This document shows positions 36,418 to 50,326 of a stretch of DNA of 64,000 nt, piece by piece. Each line of letters opens with the position of its first letter. The stretch's first letter is position 1. The notes under the pieces were generated by a model that saw only the letters and a program-made list of their open reading frames with translations, did no database searches and was not told the DNA's origin. Both the position numbers and the translations under genes were made by a program. Source of the stretch: Octopus bimaculoides (taxonomy: Eukaryota); NCBI RefSeq assembly GCF_001194135.2, contig NC_068986.1, positions 76,580,750 to 76,644,749 of the forward strand, read 5' to 3'.

Positions 36418-36794
36418 TAGGCACAGGAGTGGTTGTGTGGTAAGTAGCTTTCTTACCGACCACGTTTCCGGTTCAGTCCCACTGTATGGTGCTTTAGGCA
36501 ATTGTCTTCTACTCTAGCCTCGGGCTGACCAAAGCCTTGTGAGTGGATTTGGTAGATGGAAACTGAAAGAAGCCTGTCGTATATATATATATGTGTGTGT
36601 GTTGGTCCCCACCAACATCGCTTGACAACCGATACTGGTGTGTTTGCCTCCCTGTAACTTAGAGGTTTAACAAAAGAGACTGATAGAATAAGTACTAGGC
36701 TTACAAAGAATAAGTCCTCGGGTTTATTTGCTTGACTAAAAGCAGTGCTGCAGCATGGCTGCAGTCAAATGACTGAAAGAAATAAAAGAATAAA
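36418..36794 (+). mobile_element. SINE family A, full length
   Basis: Colinear with 4141-4569 throughout. Confidence 0.9.
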
Positions 36795-37559
36795 ACGTTT
36801 CAGTTTAGAGGGGATCAAAGAGGGGCCAAACTACTAATTAATTAGTATTTAAAATGTTTTTATTCAGTCATTTTGTACCAATCTTTGAATATTTTTTCAA
36901 CTTGTATATATTCCCATTGTTACTATGACAATTTTCCATGAAACTAATACACAGATATTATGGAAACTGTCATTAACCCTTTATGTAAGTGATTTGGTGA
37001 AACTATGCAGAGAGATAGGTTCTGTTAGCTAGTAGTTCTGAATGTCATTCTGCTTTTAAACAGTATAAAAATTCAGTTTTAAAATAGTATTAGTTTTTTA
37101 TGATTTTCTTTCTTTGCTGCATTGATGACATGTAGTAGCATTAATTAGCACATCGAAAGGATTAACAATGATTTTCTTGTCTTCTCTTTTCAATTCAAAC
37201 CACTTTGATAAAAACCAAATTATTCATAGATTTTAGAGTCTCTTACATTTCCCAATTTATTTTTCTATGCTTGCATGGATTGATTATTTTAAAAGTCAAG
37301 ATATTTTCATTGAATAAGAAATGACATTTTCATAAAATAGTCCTGTTTGTAATGAATATGTCATAACTGCAGCGTTACCATAAAACAAGAGAAAAAAATG
37401 AAACCTTGTATTGAACTGGCATTTGCACATCTACTGCGATACCAATGTTACATTTAACTTAAACCTATCACAAATCCTAGTATATTAAAAGGAAATTGAC
37501 CTCATTGCAGGCATCAAATGTATGGCTAACAGAAAAAAGGGAAACTGAGAGATTTTTTT

Positions 37560-37785
37560 TTAACTGTTTAGCATTTAAACTGGCCTTTTCCAGCCAAAAT
37601 ATTCTCCCTATTTTATATTCAAACAAGCCAGATCTAGCCTTTCAGACCTATTCTACAATGTCATTCAAAATAAAAAATCACACCATCAAAATCTCAAAGC
37701 TATGAGATTATGCATAATTAATTCAAAACAATGTGAATTAATAAACCTTTCATTTGACATAGTAATCTGAACACTAAAGGGTTAA
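37560..37785 (-). mobile_element. piggyBac-type MITE family E
   Basis: ttaactgtttagcatttaaa ... ctgaacactaaagggTTAA; reverse complement of 1241-1468. Confidence 0.8.
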
Positions 37786-38790
37786 TAATGATTTGGTTGG
37801 GTCAGCAATGAGGTGCTGTGCCAATGACTTTTGTAGGCCCTCTTGGAGAAGTGACATCAATGAGATTGATAGTCTTCATGTTAGATTTGTTACATGAAGT
37901 CATATATCTCATTCAATATCTCTACTATAATGATTTCAATCATTAGACTGTGGCCATACTGAGGCACCACAGTCAAATGTTTATAATCTGGCTTCTTGAC
38001 TCCAGTGCTTATTTAGTGTGGNNNNNNNNNNATATATATATATATATATGCAAAGACAACACAACACGCATATACACACCTTCTGCATGGTTACCCTCTA
38101 TCAAATTTCATACATAAGGTATTGCAGGAAAACTGTAGGCAGAGAGGAAATTTGAGAGGACTGACATTCTTTGAAGTAAAGGATTGGTTAAAATGATTAC
38201 TGATTCTGGCCAAATTAATGGTGGAAAGAACTCAACCAGTTTTGTGGATCAGATCTCATTGTAGTTGTTATAGAAGAGCTAACATGATAACTAAAATGGT
38301 GGTGGTGATTTTGGTGAGGGTGGTGATGGTGATGGGGATGGTAATGATGCTGATGGTGGTGGTGGTGATGATTATATTTCATGATGATGAGTGGTTGTTG
38401 TGTAGATTTGAAAGAGATGTTATTTTTGTAGCTACTTGTAATTTTTTTCAAGCCTATCTTCGGCATATGTTTATCAGATTGGTAGTGTGGGTTAAGTTAA
38501 TCAATGACTTACCTCAATCCAACCAAAAAAAAAAAAAAAAAAATTCTGTCGTGTCAGAGATGGTGTCTCAACAGGGTTGCTTGACCTGCTAGGAATAGAT
38601 ACACAGTTGAGCAGATCTTTGATCAGGTTTGACATGCAGCTAAACACTGACCAATGACAACAAAAACAACTGTGATTAATGTTGCAATATATATGACATT
38701 TACCAGAAGAAATATGTCTCTCTATATATTTAAAGCATAATCTAATACATATGTCGGTATCTATATATTATATATAAAATTTTATGTGTG

Positions 38791-38850
<60 letters not shown>

Positions 38851-39924
38851 CATACATTTAATTCAGTCGACACACAACACACAAAATTTTATATATAATA
38901 TAGATGTGTGTGTGTGTGAGTGTGTCTGATACAAACAATATATCTGATACTTTATGATGTAAATATTTTTTTACACTCCCATTGAAAATGAGTAGTAGTA
39001 ATAGTGGTAGTGGTTGTTGTAGTAGTAGTATAGTAATGGTTTTGCATAAATCTTGGTCATTTGTAATATATACTGTCATGTAAACAAGTTGTCTTCTGGG
39101 TGTGACCCACAGTAATCTATCTATCTATCTATCTATCTACCTACCTACCTACATACACACACACACACATCCCTCCTCTACCTAGCTGAGGTGTGTCTAT
39201 ACTGTATTATCATTATTTCTGTACACCCTTCAGTTATTTTTGTAGGTGGTTTCAGCATGTGTGGATAATTTGGGCTGAGATATGTCAGTTGGTGCTTCTC
39301 CTCTTCACATATTCGTTATTGGTAGTGTACATTCCCAGATCTTTGCATGAGGTTATTGTCATTTCAACTGTTTCTTTGTGCATTTAGGTTGGCCTGAAAT
39401 GAGCAAAGAGGATTGTGTTTTAGTTTAGTCATAGTTGTCTTCTGTGGCATTGTAGATCTGCATAGACATTTTGTGAGTGTTTGTGTCTATAACAGTGAGG
39501 GCTGTAAGAGCTGGAGTTTGCTGTGGCAACAAACTATACCCTTCATTTTAAAGTTGTTTTGGCTCAAAACATAAAGAAGATAGAATATGTTGATCCCTCT
39601 AGTTTAAATTACTGTTGACTAATGTAAAATGTTAGACATAACTGTAGACAGAAGTGGCTTTAGTATCTTTTAGTCGTAACTAATTTTCTTTGTTGTACTT
39701 TGTAGCTGGTGATTTTGTAGTTGATTATCAGGTTACATAGGGGAGAATCTGAAAGATTAACTCTTAACTTTTCCTTTTATTTGTTTGCCTAAGAAGGAAT
39801 ACTAAAAAATGGTGTGTCTATGACCTTTCTAGATAATATGAAGTACCCTGAGTAGAGTTAGGTATGACAGAATCATTAGAGTATTGGACAAAATATCTTG
39901 AAGTACTTGATAACTGCATTTATG

Positions 39925-40420
39925 TGCTTGCTTGCTTCATGCTCTTACTTGATGGGGCTGGGACCATCCCAAGTTAGTGGTCCCAGAGGCGCCATCATAT
40001 GTAGAGCTGACCAGGTCCACCAGTGCTCTCCATTGCTGGTGGTGCCATGCCAGCCCCTCTGCATGTTCCAAGATAATGTCGAATCTTTGAAGATCTTCCT
40101 TAATCAAATCCAGCTATCTGGTGCAGGGCTTGCTCACCTCTGCTGCGTTGAATGAGAGTAAGGCCTTGATTTGATGATCTGGTAAGAGGTAAAGGACATA
40201 TTTGTACCAACTCATCCAGCAGATAGATATGAGGTGGGATGGGAGGTTGTGGGCTGATGTGTGTGCACATGCAGTTCTTTGTTAGAACTGGACTTGGTAC
40301 AGTCTGGATGGCTAAACCTGGAAGGTGATTGACAACATCATCATCTCCCACTGCTAAAGGTTATTTGTCACTAACTGTTGGGTGTGCAGAGGAGCTCAAC
40401 TTGGCAATACCAACCATTGA
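39925..40420 (-). mobile_element. Degraded LINE (RTE-like) ORF2 C-terminus with (AAGC)n tail; a different family from the other RTE copies
   Basis: Minus strand: ..KPCTR*LDLIKEDLQRFDIILEHAEGLAWHHQQWRALVDLV..*, then agcaagcaagca. Confidence 0.55.
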
Positions 40421-41889
40421 TTGCAGGCTGCAATACTCAAGTTATAGTGGTGAGTAAACCCTGCCACCAAGTACTTTATGTTCTGTGTTGAAATCTGTCA
40501 GAGGGGTTCATCAATAAATTTAAATACCAGTTAACTACTGGGATGGACATAACTGATTGTTTCTTTCTCCAAAATTTGTAACCTTATATCATTGTTAGAA
40601 ATCAATGCATTCTTTGAATTGTTGTTGGTTTGTAGCTCAAGAGAAATCTAGTTATGAGGATAAAGCAGAGATTAGGACAAAGTATGGTAGCTTGAAGCTG
40701 AGCCACTGTAGAGATGATGAAAGGATGGCATCAATGATTGAAGTTAGGTTAGCAAGTTCAGAAGAACAGAGATTGTTGTAGTAACAGTAGGCTAGTGGCT
40801 ACATAGTTGATAATAAATGGGAACTCACCTACGAAGCAAATGTCCTTTTATTTGATACAATCTCGTATATAGATCACTCTTCCTCCTTGCACCTCACCAC
40901 ACTTCTTATTAGTGCATCCATAGATGCACTATGTATGCAATGCACATGCTAAATACTTAAAGAAGTACCTACACACACATGAATACACATACTATAATTG
41001 CACACATACATTATCATGTATTCTGACATAAAGTTACCTTCTTTACTTTCACAATTTTGCTATTGCTCTCATATGCTTGAGACTTCTGTCTTTTCCCTTC
41101 ACCACTGGACATTCTAGCCTCCAACCATTTTTAACATGGCTTGACACAGACTAGAATGTATTTCTCTATAGTTTGCATTTTTATCGTTTTTTTTTTCCAC
41201 CTGACTTACTGGAGAAGTGCTTAAGCTTGAAATGTCAAAGACACTTCTACTGTTTTTCTTTCTTGAGTGTCAGTATTTTCACTTTGTCTTTCATGTTGTT
41301 GTTTGTGTGTATGTATGTGTGTGTCCTCATCTTAGCTGTATTGGAAAATGTTCAATATTCACTTACTGGATGCTATACCTATCTCTGTGTCCAATTGTAA
41401 TATCAAAGAATTTCAGAGCTTACTCATTTTATTCTTCATTTATTGTCAATACCATTAAGAGAGTTGAGTAAACACCTAATCTATCTATCTTTATTTATTA
41501 TATTAAATTTTACACCTGCTTTGAAAATTAGCTTCAATTTATCATTTAGATTATATGGTTGTCTTCTCTTTTGATTGTGTAGTAACCACTTCATTTGTCA
41601 GCACTTCACTGAAAATAGTTCATAATGATTCAAACAACAATATATCTTACTAAATTTTCTTTGTCATTTTCTACTGCTGTGCAATATTTCTCAGTATGGC
41701 TGACTTTGCCTTTCATCTGTCTGGGGTTAATAAAATAAAAGATTAGTTGAGTACTGAAGTTGTTCTCATTGTCTGTATACATCAACTACATTTGAAGCCT
41801 TTTGCCTATATTATAAAATCATTGTTACAAATTTTATATCACCTGCTTACAGTGTGCAGGTTAAAATCTATTGAAAATATGTTATTATA

Positions 41890-42279
41890 TAGGTTCAGGC
41901 ATGGCTGTGTGGTAAGAAGTTTGCTTTCCAAACACATGGTTCTGGGTTCAGTCTCACTGCATGACATCTTGGACAAGTGTCTTCAACTATAGCCTTTGGT
42001 TTACCAAGGTCTAATGAGTGGATTTGGTAGACGGAAACTGAAAGAAGTCTGTCGTATATTTATGTGTGTGTGTGTTTGTCCTCCAACACTGCTTGATAAC
42101 TGGTGTGGGTGTGTTTAAATCCCCATAACTTAGCAGTTTGGTAAAAGAGGTTGATAGAATAAGTACCAGACTTTAAAAAAAAAAAATTATCAGAGTTGAG
42201 TCATTCCACTAAAAATTCTTGACGGTGGTGTTCCAGCATGGCTGCAGTCTAATGACTAAAACAAGTAAAAGATTAAAAG
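41890..42279 (+). mobile_element. SINE family A, full length
   Basis: Colinear with 36418-36794. Confidence 0.88.
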
Positions 42280-44799
42280 GATATTTTCATCATGCCTTTT
42301 TTTTTAATGGTGAGAGCGACTTAGCCACTGGAAATTCAGTCTTTTCCATGTGATACAATGAGACTACAGTTGTTGTTGTTGGCACTCCGTCGCTCTATAA
42401 AGAAACTAATTTGTCTTTTAAATATATCCTTAAGCTATATATTCCTTTTAAAAATAATCTCATGATTAACAATAGAAGTTACAAGTAATTTTAGTGTAAA
42501 TATGTTAATTTTTGTTGATAAACAATATATTTTTGTCATACTTATCTCTCTGATTCAGATCAAAGAATAGTTTCTCACAGTAATATATTCTCTAAAATAC
42601 ACTATTTTTCTTTTAATTTGTGTTCTTTATTATACTTCCACTTACTGATTCTCTCAATACAACTCTGACAAATACATTATTATCTATGCTTAACAAAGGA
42701 AATCTCATAAGAATGAAACATGTCTAGAGTTGTCTCATACTTGATAGAATAATTAAAATAATGATAGTTATTGATTAATATTGTCTTTTCTTCACTTCAT
42801 AGTTATGTCTAATTAACTATTTAATGCTCAGTGTACCTGAATATTGTGAGTACAGCATTTCGGTGAATGTACTCTAAAGTGGTTTAAATTTTTTTTAGAT
42901 TTCCTTGTTTGATAAACTTTATCAAAAATATATCCTGATTCCTCTTCGGTTTGTAAATAATATTCAACTTGAAGATAGATAACTATATGTTATATCCATT
43001 GCTATCTCTGCTATCTTCAAATAGAGTCCTTAATTTCCCTCTGTTTGCTAGATTCATCTCCTTTAAGTTTGTCTGACATATTAACAGAAGAGATTCAATA
43101 GAATGATTTGTTTTCTTTCATTCTAAAATCTCTACACTAATGTTTATTTGTTTATTCAGTTAGCAATTTAAGTAGCAAAGAATGTTCCCTTGCACCTGTT
43201 AGAAAGTTGGGATAACATGTTGGTTTTAATGAAATTAATGTTGATAAACTGAAAATAGTGAAAATTAGGTGATGTCTGATATCAATGTTGTTAGATGTGA
43301 AGTAAGGATAATATGTTGGTATTAGTGATATCAATGTTGCTTGACTCAAGGTAGGGATAACAAAGTGGTACTAGTGAAATTAATGTTTTGTTTCAGTTGG
43401 ATGTAGGTGTATGGCTGTGTGGTCAAGCAGTTCGTTTAACAGCTACATAATTTCAGTTTCAATCTCACTTCATGGAACTTTGAACAGATGTTTTTTTATT
43501 ATAACCTTGGGTCAACCAAATCCTGTCTAATGATATTTGGTTGACATAAACTGCACAGAAGCCTGTGGGAAGGATCTTTGATGTTGGTTGGGGAGTAGAC
43601 TTAATTCATTGCCTGTCACTTGCTCCTTGGGCACCTTTAGTAGGGTTCATTCTGTTGCAGGTCTCTGGTCTGAAGGCAATTCCCTTCTTTCCTCTACCTG
43701 TCTCTGAACTCCTGATGAAGGAACTCAGAGACTCTGTTCTTCTTATGACTGAGCCATAAATAAAAAGATTAGTATACCTTGCTTTTATAGTGAAGGAAAT
43801 AAAAGAAAAGTATTTAGTGTAGTGGTTTGGAATGTGCTCCACTCTATGGGTGGTAGATGGCAAAGAGGCAGGTCCATTGTGTTTCATTGGTAATTTCCAT
43901 TTTTATACAATTGTCCTACTTGTCACCCCAGTTTTGTAACAGCTTGTAGTTTTCTGATCATAATATATCACTTTCCTCTCAATCATTCTGTTATTTCAGT
44001 CTTTGTTCTCTAACTGCTATTATGGCTGCTGTATGCCTAAACAGCTAAATGTATTTACGACTTAAAAAAGAAAAACCTTTTAAGATCATAGGTTTTATTT
44101 AAGGATTGAGAACATTTATAGTCTGTGTTGGCAATAGTCAGGAGATTTAGACTTCTATGACTGTGCACATATCTGTCTACTGGCAATATTTTTACACTTT
44201 TTTAATTCACCTATTGCATGAACATTAACACCTCCAACAATTATGTCATGAGCTAACATGGGAACCTCTACATAGTCAATTGTCCTATTAGAAATAGCAG
44301 CAAAATTTCACTCAAATGATACCCTGCCATATTTAAAAGGGAAGGATACATTGGATAATGTGGTGCTGGGTGCATTGTACCTTGGAAAAATGTCTAGGGT
44401 GGTGACTGCTGAAACCCCCCCTTTGATCTTGGGTCTGTTTTGTAAGGACTGACTGAAGTTGAACAACAACAGTAATGACAACAACATATAAAGACATATT
44501 TCTCATGCTTACAACATATAATGTTAATTTACCAACAAACATTTTTAATGAACTAAGTTAGAATTTTTTCCAATTATAGACTTTAGAAAGTAAACAAGTT
44601 TAATATTTTCAGGTACGTTATTCTGAGAGTATTGGATCATGATCTAGTTAACTGTCACCACCTGGTTCTTGGATTTTCAGTGGTGTCTACTTTGTTGTAA
44701 GCGTTTGGGTCAGGTCTACTTCCTCCCTCTTCATCATTGAAAACTTTAAAAAATGTCATGGCGAAGAGACTGTTCTTCCTCTTCTTATTATATATATAT

Positions 44800-45020
44800 A
44801 TGTGTGTGTGTGTGTCTTTGGATCTGTGTTTGCTCCCCTACACCACTTGACAGCTGGTGTTGATATGTTTATGTCCCTATAACTTAGTAGTTCAGCAAAA
44901 GAGACTGAGGGAATAAGTACCAGGCTTAAAATAAAATAACGATAATATTCATTTGACTAAAAATGTTCAAGGTAGTGCTCTTGCATGGTTGCAGTCAAAT
45001 GGCTGAAATGAGTAAAAAAT
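44800..45020 (+). mobile_element. SINE family A, 3' half
   Basis: (TG)n..caccacttgacagctggtgt..ataacttag..gcatggttgcagtcaaatggctgaaatgagtaaaa. Confidence 0.75.
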
Positions 45021-45904
45021 AACACACACACACACACACACCATTAAATTGCTATTATACAGGAACATGTCTGGTGGATTGGAAAAGTAGGTAGAGCATC
45101 AAATAAAAATGTCTTGCTGTATTTAATTATGACTATTTTACAATCTGAGTTCAAATCTTGACAAGACCAGCTTTACTTTCCTTGATTTTAGGGTCAATAA
45201 AATATGGACAAGTAGTGGGATAATTGTAATCAACTATAATTCTCTAAAAATCTCCCCGACAGATATGAGGCTTTGCAGATAAGTGAAAAACTAATATTAT
45301 AGACACTTACAAATGAAAATCAATGCAATGGTAATTCAAGTTTATCTTCTCAACAAAGCATATAATTTTGTTTGCTCTAGTTGGTCTGACATAGAAATAC
45401 TTCTATTGTATAGTTGAGCAGTTTGCAGTTGGGAAGATCATCCAACTGTAAAAATAAAAATAAATGAATAACAAAAAAAAAAAAAACCTCCCTTAACTAA
45501 ACACTATCTCATCCATGTAAACTTGTAAAACAATAGTTCCCTGACAAAATGCCACCTCATCAAGGTAAGTTCTCATCCAGGTATAACAATAGTACTTGAA
45601 AAAATACTATCTCAATCAGGTAAGCAGGTATAACAATAGCTCTAACTAAATACCACCTCATCCATTTAAGCAAATAAAAAGGATAATGAAAGTTTAGAAT
45701 ACCTTATATTGACTACATAATGTTTGATATTTAGAGTAAAATAATCAAAAGCTTTAATAAAAAAGATACAGAAACAAAATCAATTCTGTTATTTTCATTC
45801 TGCTCAACCTATTCTCTTCACATTATTTTTCCACTCTATTCTCCCTACTGATTCTTTCCATACCGATCTTTCCACCCTATAAATGAATGTGTTGAAAACT
45901 ATCT

Positions 45905-46308
45905 TTATCTTTTACTTGTTTCAGTCATTGGGTTATGGCCAGGTTGGGGCTCTACCTTGAAAGGTGTTTAGTCAAACATATTGACTAAGTAGAGTACTTA
46001 TTTTATTTTAGGTCTGATATTTATTCTATTGTTCTCTTTTGCTGAACTAAGTTATAGTGACATAAACAAACTGACACCAGATATCAAGTAGTGATGGGGG
46101 TGGTTGTGGTGGTGGTGGTGGTGGTGGGGAACAAACACAAACATGCTTGGCTTCTTTCAATTTCTACCTATCAAGTCCATTCACAAGGCTTTGGTTAGCT
46201 AGGAGCTATAGTAGAAGAGACTTGTCCATGGTGCCTTGCAGTGAAAATGAACCCAGAACCATGTGGTTGGGAAGCAAACTTCTTACTACATAGCCACACC
46301 TGTGTCTA
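45905..46308 (-). mobile_element. SINE family A, full length
   Basis: ttttacttgtttcagtcattg ... catagccacacctgtgtcta, the reverse complement of the family consensus. Confidence 0.82.
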
Positions 46309-46396
46309 TATTGCTAAAACAAACAAAAAAATCGAGCTACTTTTTATAAAAATCAAGTANNNNNNNNNNNNNNNNNNNNNNNNNNNNNNNNNNNNN

Positions 46397-46670
46397 TTTG
46401 GTCATGAAGGAACATAGGATTGCATCCAGAAAGTTACTCTCTGAGGCACAAGTCTGGCCAAGGTTGTTTATGGAAGACTAGCAGTCACCCATGCATAGCA
46501 GCCTCCCTTCTCCACGCCATCAGTGTTATCCAAGGGAAAGGCAAAGGCCATACAGCTTGGCACCAGTAATGTTGCAACTCATTTCTACAGCTGAGTAAAC
46601 TGGAGTAATGTGAAATAAAGTGTCTTGCTGAAGAACACAACACACAGCCCGGTCTAGGAATGGCACCCAC
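46397..46670 (-). mobile_element. SINE family C
   Basis: Reverse complement of the 19033-19312 body. Confidence 0.82.
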
Positions 46671-48348
46671 CTCCATCCACTCTAGGGCAGCACTGATTGA
46701 ACAGACTATAAACCAAATGCTTCCAACTGTGACCATCTCATCTTGTTTTCTAATATGTCCACCAACTTTTATTAAAGGTTGCACTTGGGTGTGATCTGAG
46801 GAAGCGTTAACTTGCATGGTCTTGTAGAAACATCTTCTAGTTGAATATGTGGTAATTAAAAGTCCACAAAGTTAGATGTTGACCTTTTATGTGTGTGCAG
46901 AGATATAAAATAATATTTAGATACTAATTGTGTGACTGTGGGAAGTTAGTGGAAAACATAATCTGAAATCAAATTCTTACTTTACAAAATATTTGCTATT
47001 GGAAAAAAGTATTTATATACATTTTCTCACTCATCAACATAACATTGTCTTGATGTTGAATAAACCAGGTGTTGGAATGTTCAGTTGTATTCATAAGACA
47101 AATCATTCTACTTTGCTAAGTTTAGCAACTTATAATACAATGATGTGATTGGATTACATTTCCCACCACCACCACTGCGTGTGTGCTTTATGTGTGTGTA
47201 TGTTAATTTATGTGGGATAAACAAGGATCATATACACAAACCATGGTTTTGTTCCCCTGGCTCTTCAACCAACCGTACACGTCAGCATGTATGATCAACT
47301 GAATGGTTGATTAACTAAAATCACAGTCCAGGAATATAATTCTTGTTTATCTCACATAAATTAACATATTAGCCTCTGCACACTTCCTACATAAGACTGC
47401 ATTTGGCATTTTTATGTTTTAGTACCCTCATGTGAGTATGATAACTATTAACTCACCAGGAAAATAATAAGCGAATTCTGCTGTTTATATACATGAGGTG
47501 CTACGTGATATGTTTTTACAAACACTTACTACCAGAAATACATTTGTGTCCTGAGAAGATAGAGAATACTGTTAGTTTGGTCATTTAATGTTTTACTATG
47601 CTAGCATGAATTGGATGCAGCAGTTTACCAATGGATGCTCTGTTGTCAACCCTAGTTTTTTTTCAAGAAAGGGATTGTTTTTTATTCTACTGTTCTATAA
47701 AAGTGCAGAGCAGCCAGTTGTAATGTCGACAAGTATTACTGTGCCTTTGATTGTGAAAAAACTCATAAACAAAAGCAAAGCTGTGTGGTTAAGAAGCTTG
47801 ATTCCAACTGTCTTGTGTTGGGTTTAGTCCCACTGTATGGTACCTTGGGTAAGTGTCTTTGACTAGCCCTGGGTCAACCAAAGCCTTGTGAGTGGATTTG
47901 GCAAATGAAAACTGAAAGAAGCCCATCATGTATATGTTTGTATAGGTGTGTGAGTGTGTATGTTTGTGTGTGTTGCCCCTTGTCTTGACATTGCATGATG
48001 TTTGTTAGTGAACATCACCGTCATAGAAGTGACGTCATTTGTTTGCAACTATCCAAAAACAAGAAGGGCACCCAGCTGTAAAATTAAGATATCTTCCCCC
48101 ACCTTCCCCACACAATAGCCATTCCTCAAATGCTCTGCTTGTTATATTCAGAAATGACTCTGATGAAAGTAGCATTAATTTTCTTAGGTTGTTCAATTTG
48201 CCTCCTCAGTTGAATAAACTTATCAGTAATGTACTTACAATGACTACTGGAAACAACTGTAAGTGAAATTTGTTCAAATAAAGGAATTATATGTAATGAT
48301 CATTATTTTTAACTTGTTTCTTATNNNNNNNNNNNNNNNNNNNNNNNN

Positions 48349-48388
<40 letters not shown>

Positions 48389-48390
48389 AG

Positions 48391-48772
48391 ATGTGGTTTT
48401 AGAGTCAAGTTTTGACTGCTATCTCTAGCATGGTGGTATTTTTTAGATACCCTTAATTATAATTTATATTGTTAATAAAACATATATCAAAAAAGATGCA
48501 CACCCTAAAGAATAAAACAGTAATTATTTACAACAAAAATTTAAATTTTGGACATAATTACCAAAGCCTTCTGGTCAGCTCCTCAGACTTTACAAAGACA
48601 AAAAATTTTGAATTGAGATGCTTGTTGTGCCTTGGCATTTGTTGTCCTCTTTCACAAATAGATATATATATAAAAGAAGTGTGTATAATTATGAATAAAT
48701 CACACTTATAAGAGGGTTGCAAAAAACCCTGACATGTCTCGAAATAGCAGTCAAAACTGCTATAAAGCCACT
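48391..48772. mobile_element. MITE-like element with ~60-bp imperfect terminal inverted repeats
   Basis: gtggttttagagtcaagttttgactgctatctctagcatgg..ttttttagataccct versus the reverse complement of agggttgcaaaaaaccctgacatgtctcgaaatagcagtcaaaactgctataaagccac. Confidence 0.65.
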
Positions 48773-50091
48773 ATAACTACTTATATTTTATCTCTTCACA
48801 ATAAAGCTGTTGGCAGGTGACATGACATAAAATTCAAAACTCAAATAAAAGGTTAATTCTCTATTGTAATTTCGAAGTGAGGAACTAAAACGGTTCCACT
48901 TTTCTCTTCAAGAGAACATTCCTGTAGATACAAATTAACACAAAAATCATACCTTGAGGCTTACATGTGTCCTGGCCGGCAAGAATAATGTGTCATCCTC
49001 TGTCTACACATTCAAATTAGTTGCAGTCAAAAAAGATAATGTGTGATATGGTTGTTTGATTAGTTCGTGCATTCTCTGACTTCTCTTTGTTCTTGTTTAT
49101 AGACCAAACATTATAAAACATTATAAACACTATATCATTCTAGAAGTTCTTATAATGAGCAAAGAACTTTAGACAAGAATGTCCTCTTGTCTATAATGTT
49201 TAAATGACATATAGTAATATTTTAACAATGCCTTCACCTCTTCTTCTTCATCATCATTTTCATCATCATCATCATTTAACATCCACTTTTCCATGCTAGT
49301 AGTGTGATCTGACTAACGGTGATCCATGTTTCATGGAGCCTGCTTCTTGAAAAAAGTTGCCCAAGCCTGATGTAGAGGACCCCCACCTCCTTGGACTTGT
49401 TTACTTGGGGTTGATAAACTAAGGAACAGTAATTGTTAATCAACAGTACTTGGTTATATGGCAGTGGATGGCTTGGCATTTTTATGTTGCAATTTCAAAT
49501 CCTGCTGAGGCCAGCTTTTCTTTTCAACTTTACAAAGTCAATGAAATAAAGTTCTGGTTTGGTACTGGTTCATATTAATTGATTGATATTGGTGTCTCTT
49601 AGCAGAAGACTATTGTTGAAAATCATGAATGATTCTTCCTAGAATTGCCTGCAGTTTAACCCCCTTTGGTGCTATGATACAAATTCCTTGTTTTATAGTT
49701 ATCTTAATTAAAACTTTATGAAAATTTTATGTTAATTCATGTTCCAAACACCAGATTAGTAATGACAAACTTATTTTACTAAATCCTTCCTTATTTTCAA
49801 AATTAATTGAAACATAAGCAGCATACTCCAATGGTCACAATATTTCTAGTAAAGAAGTCTCTCTCTTTCTCTCTCTAACCCACACACACATGCACACCAC
49901 TTCCATGGGGGTGCTTTTGTCTAGATTTATTTCCATTCATTTGTTCTACTTTTGTCTCCATCTCTCCCCTATACTCTGTTAAGAAGGCCAATGTCTCAAA
50001 CATCATAACAATTAACTCTTCATATCTCTGAGATCAAGCCAATAATTTTGACTGTGAGCTTATCCTGTTTTTTTTTTATGTATGGTGCATG

Positions 50092-50326
50092 TGTTACAAC
50101 TTGAACTTACAACTACATGTTATGTGTCATTCAGTCTATCGTATGTGTGTGTATGGTGGTTAGTTCTGATTGGTTCTTTTCCTATCTATAAAACCTGCTG
50201 TAATTTGTTTTGCAAAAATAAATGTTTTTTAAGCCAGTCTTATCTACAGCATGTGTTCGGTGTTCTGTTTTCATTAGGCTATGGCCTGAATTACATATTA
50301 CTGGAATAGGACTGGTACTTATTAAT
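50092..50326 (+). mobile_element. Candidate 5' LTR of the Gypsy remnant (left boundary uncertain)
   Basis: Directly precedes the PBS; contains gattgg, ctataaaa and aataaa in LTR-like order; no second LTR found. Confidence 0.45.

Noticed and set aside
38215-38466. His-rich minus-strand ORF
   Set aside because: Translation of a (GGT/GAT)n trinucleotide tract.
44595-44700. ttttcAG|gtacgt as a possible next-exon acceptor
   Set aside because: All three frames hit stops within ~90 nt with no good donor before them in the required phase.
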